Shown here piece by piece: positions 54,201-63,200 of a stretch of 64,000 bases of DNA. Within the stretch, counting starts at the first letter, position 1, and each line of letters opens with the position of its first letter. A program made the translations under genes and the position numbers. The stretch covers positions 4,682 to 68,681 of the forward strand of contig QZKH01000005.1 in assembly GCA_003598025.1 (NCBI GenBank), in the 5' to 3' direction. The DNA is from Candidatus Omnitrophota bacterium. GTDB lineage: Bacteria > Omnitrophota > Gorgyraeia > Gygaellales > Profunditerraquicolaceae. The notes beneath the pieces were generated by a model that saw only the letters and a list, made by a program, of their open reading frames with translations, was not told the DNA's origin and did no database searches.

Positions 54201-57200
54201 TGATATAGCTAACGCAGCAGTAGCCAGGCGTGTTACCGCAGAGGCTGTAGAAGAAATAGCCAGGAATATCAAAGATGCAGAGGCTATCCTTAGGCAATAT
54301 AGCCTTGCCTGGGTAGAGGCATTAAGAGAAAACTTGCTGGAATTACGCGTGCATGCGCAGGATTTGTTGAATAACAAGCATCCGGATTATCTCAGCTATC
54401 CGGTTTTTCAGGAAACAGTTCTTAACGCAGGCCAGATATGTGAACAGATTAGCGGCTTCCGGGATGCAAACAACACTTTCCTTATAGAACTCTCGAGATT
54501 AAACAGTGATATAGTGGGTCAGATAGAGGGTACCCATGAAGAAGTGCCAATAGGCTTTATCGAAGAATTCGCCAGGCTGCAGGATCATACAAGGAATACA
54601 CTTCTGGAATTTTCATCGCAGGAGGATTGGCAGGATGCACTTACCAAGCATGGCGAGCTGTTGGTAGGACTTCAGAGAATGAACTCTTTTGAGAGGGCTA
54701 TAAGGAATTTAAGGAGTGAGATTGATTTTTTAAGGCAGTTACAAGGGTGGCATTTTTCTCCGGAAGTTGAAGATCAAGAGCGGGAATCCAGAGGTAGGCA
54801 GACCTCTGCCCTGGAAGAGGCAGAGTCTGTTATAAATGGTATTGCTACAGGCTATGCATCCCCTTATTTGCTTGGAGCAAAGTTAGAAGAGTTTGTAGAA
54901 AATTTACCGCGTATCAATGAGTTGATAGATGAAGCGGTGTGCGGTTTGATGGGTATTATAAAAGCAAAGAGGGATTTTATAATACCTCAGTTTAGAGTCA
55001 TACATGAGATGATCAGGGCGCTTAGGGCATGGATAGTTGAAGATTTATCTCCAAGATTTTCCGGAGACCAGGCAACATTAACTAGGAGCAAGAGGGTATT
55101 TGATGATCTGGAATCTTTGTTTACCTCTCTGTTTGCTAATCTAGACCAGTGGGGAAATGACTTGGGGCAAACGGAGTACGCAAGAGTAAATAATGAGTTG
55201 ATTCAGTTAGTCGCTTCATTCGACGGACCCATGGATGGGTTGCATGCGGCTCTATTTAACTTGGTAGATTCAGAAAATAATACTATCGGGGATAAACTTC
55301 TAAGGACATGCAGGGGCATAGTAACCCATTATGTAACCGGGCATCAACTTCAGGGAGTGATGCGGCAGATACCGTATAATATTATTTTTGACGTGTCTGG
55401 CGACGCATATGGATACCCTGTGGAAGTCAGAAGAATAAGAGTTGTCGCTGGCCGTTCGTATGATACGCTTTTAAGCGACTTAGTCGGCAGGGATGACCAG
55501 GTCAGGGCTGTGCAAGATGAATATAAAACCTCTATGAAGAAATGGCAGAATTTTAAGGGAAGAGGAGAATACCCTTCGGCTGAATTTGCTTTTATGATAA
55601 AAGATGCCTTTAGCTATTATATCCGGCTGATACAGGATACATCTGCTCGGCCGCTTAGGCCTGCTTCAGAAGTATTACAGGCTTATTATCAGAAGACTTT
55701 TGCTCAAGTGAAGCGTGTTTTTGATGCTTTACCTCTTGAACAAAATATTCTGGCTCCAGGTGAATATCGTGTTGGCGGAGGCATGCGTAATGAAGAGATG
55801 AAAGAAAAAGGGTTAGTAATACTCTTGTCTATGTTGAGAGATATTTCTGCAACTATAGAAGATATGCCTGACCCGGTAAGGATTAATTTTGAGTCGGAAG
55901 ATGAAGCTCTGGCGTTTTTAAGGGTAAGCTTAGAAGACCTGGAAGGAGATGCCCCAGTTTCTACTACCTCCTCCAGCCCCCTGAAGCCAGGACCGTTTTT
56001 GTCATTGACCACAGAAGTGTCTTCGGATGCCACTTTATCTCCGTTGGATGGGAGGCTAAGTATTTCCCGCAGAGCATTCTTTGTGACTGCTGCAGTAGCT
56101 TCGGTTACAGCCGCATTTCTAGGCGGCAGAAGAGCAGAACATCTTGCGCAGGAGAAGGCGCAGAAAATGCCGGGCAGCTTACGCCTGTTTAATGAATTTT
56201 CCGCGCAACGGCAGACCGTTCTCTTTATTCACGGCGGACTGGGTAGTGATTGTTCTTGCTTTGAGCTTTTTGTTGAACGCTTCAAGGATACGTTTAATCT
56301 CGCGGGATTTGATTATGACGATAGCCTGCCATTGGAAGCGGTATCCCGGAGATTCTCCGGGGAGGTTTTGAATGTGCGCCGCGCGCCGTCAATACCCGGT
56401 GGCTTAATCATCATCGCATACTCTTGCGGCACTACCATAGTCAGGGACGCAGTGCTTAACCGGAATCCCGGCAGAAAGTTATTTAAGGAAGATGCGGTTA
56501 TAGAGATTGCTCCTATTTTAGGCGGTTCTGCCAAAGCGCTGGGAGCTGGTTCAGGTTTGAAACAAGGCGTGTTGCATATTGATGAGTTATTTGGAGGGAT
56601 ATTCGGTATCAAAGGCAGCCCGGAATTAGCCAAGACTACAGATCCGAGCTGGTTTATCCAACAGGCATTATTTAACGAAGAGGCCTGTGATACTTTTGCT
56701 GTAAGCATTGGTAAGCATATTATTATCAGGGATGAGAATGATTCGCATGCCCCTTTTAACTTAGAGGATTCTCCTAGCAAAAGGGAGTTCTTGCGTTTAT
56801 ATGAGAACGGCCTGACCCGCGCGCCGGTTGTGATTAACTTACAATCCGTTGACGGAAAGAGTATGCATAGCAAAATGCTGAAGCAAAAGCCGGTGGTAGA
56901 CTTGGTTGAAGAGTTATTAATTCCTAAAGCTCAAGCTGTGCCTTTGTCCGTAAAGAATTCATCGAGTTCTCCTGTGCAGAAGGCGGGCGCGTTGTTACGT
57001 AGTTATTCACACGTAATGTTCTTTATGGATAAAGACGGCGTAGTGACTGATAATAATAGTTTCATCACGGAAGATATGTTGAGAGCGATATTTGAACTCT
57101 TAATTAAAGGTGCTTATATTTATATTATCACCGGAGGTACATTTGAAAACAGTATTCATAATGTCATTGAGCCCCTTGAAGAATTCGCCAATACTTTAGC

Positions 57201-60200
57201 CCGACCGGAGCTCTTAAATCATTTAGTTTATTTTGTTATGAATGGCAACTATGAGATTAGTTGGCACGATGGAATTCGTTCAGAGCGTTTCTGCGGAAAA
57301 GCGATTAGCGCTGGCGATGCAGGTAAATTAGCAAAGGCTTTTTCAATAGCTTTTATTGAAAAAGCCTCTAAGAAATTATCGCTACACGATAAAGGAATAT
57401 CGCAGGCAATTTATGACGCAGAAAATTTTGAGCAAGTAGCGACTCTTCTTTTAAGGTTCGCCGGTTTTTATCCGGCGGAAATTGGTCACGTGCGGGTTGA
57501 GGCAGGGCAGATACAAGATAAGCGTGCTGTGCGTACCTGTTCTATGGTGCTTGAGTTGAACAAATCCCCAGAACTTCAATCAAGCCGCTCGTTACAAAAT
57601 ATTGATCTTATGCGTGAAATACAAGCACGAGCTAAGGATTTGTTACCGCCTCAATTAATCTCCAGCGGACATATGTTCTTGGGGCCGACGTTTTTATCAT
57701 TCCAAACCTTATTAAAAGAGGATGTGTTGGCGGCTGTAACTTCTCGCTTTCCAACGGAAGCACGAATCTTCCGGGTTGGCGCCGGTGATACTGAGGTTGA
57801 TCTTGCTTTCCTCTCTAAGATTGCTGAAACACAAGGGTATGCGTATTTTGTTGGTGAGAGTATAGGAAAGCTGCCCAAAGGCGTAGTTGCTACTCGCTTG
57901 CGTGGCCCACCTGCACATTTGTTAGAACTCCGCGCTCTCGGCCGGGCGATTAGATTACAAGCTAGCAAAGAGATTGAAGTTGATTTAAGTGTATTATCTC
58001 GCCACCAAAGAATTACCTCAAGTTCTCCTATCCTTGGAAAGAATTTCTATGCTTCACCAAGTTCATCACGATTGCCGAATACAGAATACGCAGAAGTATA
58101 TAAAGGGAACGGTTCTATTTCTTTCGATGGCGCCAGCTCGCCCCTCGGAGAAACATCTCGGGGCGAAGCCTCGCCCGTTTCGCCAGCAAAGCTGGCGAAT
58201 GAGGCGGGCTCGCCGGTAGGGCCTATGTTTTTTCTGCTCAGAAGAAAGATTAGAAGATTGCAGCGTTCATTAGAACAGGTAATCGCCATTATCAAAAGAG
58301 AAGAGCAAAAAGCAGGGCAGCTGGATTTAGTGAAGATATATATCGTGGGAAGCTTTGCCAATGGAAAGTTAAAGAGGACTTCTGACCTTGATCTTGTATT
58401 TGAACCTACGCAACGAATGTTTGGGATATTCGGTAATATCTGGTGGGCATATTTAGATGAGTGGACAGAAGAAATCGAAAGCTCTATCAAGGAGATCGAT
58501 GTTGCCGGGTATCATGCACCGTATGGACGGTACACTCTTGTGGACAGGAATCGCTGTGCGGAGGATCACACGTATTTAGAGGGTCTTTATCGGGATTCGT
58601 TTCGCTCGCCTACAGGCGTCAACGCACAAGAACAAGGAGCCCCTATCTCTAAAAAGAGATACTCAAGGACAGAGGTATACGCTGGGGTATTAGCGGCAAG
58701 ATTATCTTTTGGCAGCAGAGTTATTGATTTAGGTTGCGGTAAAGGCAAACTCGGGTCTTTATTATCGGCAGATAGCGGGATTTCTTACGTAGGGATTGAC
58801 TTGAAACTAAGTAGGTTGCTCCGTGCAAAAAAACAAACTCCAACGGGTAAATTAATTTGTGCGAATGCCTCTTATTTGCCTATCGAATGCAACTCAGCAG
58901 ATGCAGTTGTGTGTATGCATATGATCGAACACTTGGATGAATCAGAAAGACGCCAGCTGTATTCTGAAATAAAACGAATAATAAACAAGGGTGGATATGT
59001 ATTAATTGAAACACCTATACAATCTCCCGGATCCAGATGTTTAAAATTCTTGAAGATTTTGTTCGGGGCAATCCCGCGAAGATCTCTTGATGAGACCGGT
59101 TTTTCAAAGTCGCATCGAGTTTGGTTTACCGAAGAACAATTGTCAAAGGAATTAGAAGAGAATGTATCCCCCTATGAAATAGTCGATCAGAATTATTATG
59201 TGTTTCATACAGTTATTTTTCCGCGAGGATGGTTTTTTGAGTCGGTGCAGAAGGTTCTAGACAGAATTGATAAGGGCAGCCTCATTAAGAGAAGAATCGC
59301 ATTAAGCAAATACGTTTTACTTAGAAACATTGGTTCGAAGGACGGTGAGCTAGGCGAACAACAAACGAAAGCGCGTCGAACCACCAGCTCGCCGGTGCGT
59401 GAAGATAAAGTTGAGACCCAAGTTATTCGGGAACTGAAACCAAAACTTAATTTTATTGAATCGAATCCGTTTTTGCTAGCTTTTGTAGGGGTAATTTTTG
59501 GAGCATTAGGAACGGTCTTCGGAAAAATTCTGGTAACACAGGCACCACCTGAGATTTATTTGATTTTCTTCTATCCTTTTGCATATCTATTGGTTTCAGT
59601 TATGTTCGCTTTATTTGGAAAAGAAAACAGAGGAATGCTGCAAAAGGCATTCCCTGAAAAATATTCTTGGCAAAGATTGGATAGCCGACGCTGGAAGCTC
59701 GCAATCATCTTAAATTCTCTTTTGTTATGCGTAGTAACCCCTATCTGTTATTTTGTCGGCTTAAAATTAATCTCGCCAATAAGCGCAAGCGTTATTTCCC
59801 AGCTTATGCTTATTTTCACCATAATCTTGTGTAACTTATTTCTAAAAGAGAGGATAGGTTTATCAAAAGCTTCGGGGGCTATGCTGGTTGTAGCTAGCGT
59901 GCTCTTTGTGATTATTGAGCCCGAGATTAATTCGCCTTCTGGAATATCCCTATTTAGCTTGTTTAATTCATTTAAGAACGTGGGCACCATACTAATTTTG
60001 TTAAGTTGTCTTTCACTTAGTATCCAGCAGGTTATCGGGCGCCTAATCGTTACTACGCTTAAGAAAGAGGATAGTAATATTCAGATTTCACTAATGAAAA
60101 TAGGTTATCTTTTCGGCATGATATTTATGCTGCCTTTCTTTTTGTTGTGGAACTTTATATGGAATAATCTCGATTTTGTTTCTTTATGGAGTAGCTACTC

Positions 60201-63200
60201 GGAGGCATTAACGCATTATCTATTTGCGCTGATTCTGGTTAATGTTGTACTTTTTACTACACATTGGTATATAAGATACAAAATACAAGGGGTTAGCCGG
60301 TTCCATCAGTCCACTTTTGCTACAGTGTTAGCGACCTCTCCCGGTTTTGTCTGTTTTTTTTCCTACCTTATATTAAATAATGTTGCGATTTCAGGTTTAG
60401 TGTTATTAGCTGTTGGTACGGTTTTCTTGGGAGTGATTCTATCTTCGGATCCGTTTTTAATACTAAAGGCAAAGCAAAGCTATAATTATCAAATCCTGCA
60501 ATGGGCAGGGCGAAAGAAGACGATAACCGAAAGAGTCCAGTTGATTTATAATGCGCGCGTGGAGACTAAAACCAAGCAAATGAAACTCACGGATTATATT
60601 GAAAGAGAATTGATTTCTCGTTTGCCAGCCGGGACAAAATTAAAATCCATAGTAGTACGCGACAGTTTCCTTTGGTCTCCTCAACCGGATGATATTGATA
60701 TTTATGTGGTAGTTGAGGAACCGACGGATGTGGCTATGCCCCACAATAACATTGCTTTTAAACAGGCAAAAGAAGAAACTGCCCCGAAGCTAGCATTTTC
60801 GTTAGGCGCTTCACTCGAAAGTATCAATAAGATAGACCTCTGGTGCGTGGGTTTAAAACATCTTCAGGGCAACCCTTTACAGCGGGCTTGGGTATTAAGA
60901 CGAGGAGTTACTATATATGGGGATAATTTATTTGACAAGTTTAATGATGATCCGGTGTATAGATACTGGGTTGTAGAGAGGGCCTTAGAGCAGGTAGATG
61001 AGGAGATAAAAAATGGAGATGTGCGTAAAATAATTCATAGGTTAATGTTGGCCGTATTTTCTTTAGGCGAGATCGATAATTCATATCGGCAGGAAGCAAG
61101 GGGTATAGTCACAGGCTTATGCCAACAAATATACAACATGCCGGTTGATTCGAAGGCAAGAGAATGTCTTTTTGCTGAAATGCAGGTTTGTTATGAAAAG
61201 GTTAGGGATAGATTTAATCATCTGGAAGATGCGGAAAGGGTAAATAGCGCAAGGTTAGCAAAGGAATTTACCACTTTATGGAGACGATGGAAAAAGAAAG
61301 GCTTCCCCCCGGGAGAATTTGACGCGGATGGTTCTTTTACGGCGCAGGCGGAGCGCACTCTATCAATATATCCTAATAGCAAGCAATGGGTGCTTGATAT
61401 GATACGTTGTGATATTAATAATTTCCCAGTTGAAGAGATTGAACAGCTGCGGCTTGATGCTAAAGTGAAGCGTTTGTTATCTTCTCCAGTAGCATTATTT
61501 TATAATAAAGGGGATGGTTCTATTTTTTCTAACGGCGCCAGCTCGCCCGTAAACAGCAGATTTATTGATTTATTAAGCCATATTAATGATCCGCGCCAGT
61601 ATGACGTTAACCTCCTTGATCAGGAACATGTTCTCTCAAGCAGCGCTTTCATCCGCGAAGGCGCCAAAGGGTTAAAAGGAAATGCGCTGCTTTTGGGGTT
61701 GGGTAATGCCCATGAGTATACCATAGAGGTGTTAGCTGATCTTTATAGACAATTTGATAAGCTTATCATTGTAGATTTGGATGAAAACACTATCCAGCGG
61801 ACGCTGGGGAGGCTTGATAAGCATCTGAGGCGAAGCGGCGTATCGCTGGATCAGGCAAAAATCGAGATTAGAATAATGGATTTAAGCGGAGTGATAGGGG
61901 CTATGGCGATGCTTGTGGACGATATAATCGCGCGCGAAAGGAACCTCCAGGTAATCCAGCATCAAATTCTGCGTCTTCTTAGTGAACCACCGGAAGCGTT
62001 TGAGGTGTCTTGTGCAAAGGCCGCTGGTGCCTCTTATGTTGTTTCTTCCCTTGTTGCGACACAGCCTGCCAAGTTACTCGATGCATATATTGTAAGCATG
62101 ATTGAAGAGAAATTTGGATTAGGCTCTGCAGATTCTTTTGTCCTTTCAGAACAGTTTAGGGTCAGAAAAGCAAAATTTGAATCTCAGCTTCATCAGAAAC
62201 ACGTGCAAGATTTGATGCGGTGGGTAGATAAGCACGGATGCATTTATTTTTCCGATTCGTTTGCTGAAACTAATTTAAGGTATAGCCCGGGAAATATACA
62301 GCCTCTCAGTATTGTTAGCCCTGTGCTTACCTTAATCGATGATAGTGTGGTCAATACATTGCAAAGGCTGTGTGAAACAGAAAAATCAGGAGAATGGTGG
62401 TACCTTTACGATTCTGATCTTATCAGATTTGGAATTGGAAGCGCATTTTATGTGAAGGCGTGGATTTTTAAGCCCAGGGATATAGGAGAAGCTCTTGAAA
62501 CTAATCCGGAGGTTGCTCCCCGCGTTTCCTCGCCCCTGGCGCCAGCATTGTTGCGCATAGGCACTCGTTGGGTTCCGCTTGCTGCCGCAAGTTCTCCGCT
62601 GGCAAGAGATGGCGACTTGAGTTTTAAAATTGAAACTGATGATTACGCAGTTGTATTTGATACCCTTTATTCACTAAAGAACCGCGGCAATATTATTGAA
62701 TTTTCTCAAATTCAGGATGCTTTTGTAAGTCAAAAACCCCAGAAAAAAACAAATTCCGTAAGAATTGTGAATAGGGTCCTTAAATCATTCATCCAGGCCG
62801 GTCTCGCCCAAGAAGTCGGCTTTGGGTATAGCGCGACTATAACAGATGGGGATGAAATCAAGGGTATCCTTAGCGACATTGAGCATCAATCAAAGTTATC
62901 AGAGGAAAAGCTTAAAGAGATAGCATCCGGTTGGTTTCTTGATGTGGGTGAAATAACCCTTTATCACTCTGCTACGTTAGAAAAAATACTTAGTATCATC
63001 GAATTCGGATTTTATGCTCTCCCTGGTGAATTTACGCTTACTTCTGAAAGCCATCGCTTCGGTAAAGTCTTTCGTTTTCGTAAAGGAAAAATTCTCATTG
63101 TATTTAATGTCCCTGTAGGGATGATAGATTTTTCTCATCATTCCTATTATCTGAAAGGTTTCGCGCTTAAATATCCAAGGGCTAAAACTCCAATTATCCC

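Noticed and set aside
56140-56170. Internal Shine-Dalgarno plus ATG (aggagaaggcgcagaaaATG) as an internal start for the hydrolase module
   Set aside because: The spacing of about 13 nt is poor. The Tat signal begins upstream of this ATG without a Met, and most other modules have no ATG near their SSP junction. Internal initiation therefore cannot be the general mechanism.
58173-58236. Rho-independent terminator ending a gene
   Set aside because: The reading frame continues uninterrupted through and beyond it into recognisable NTase and MTase domains. It is kept only as a low-interest structural observation.
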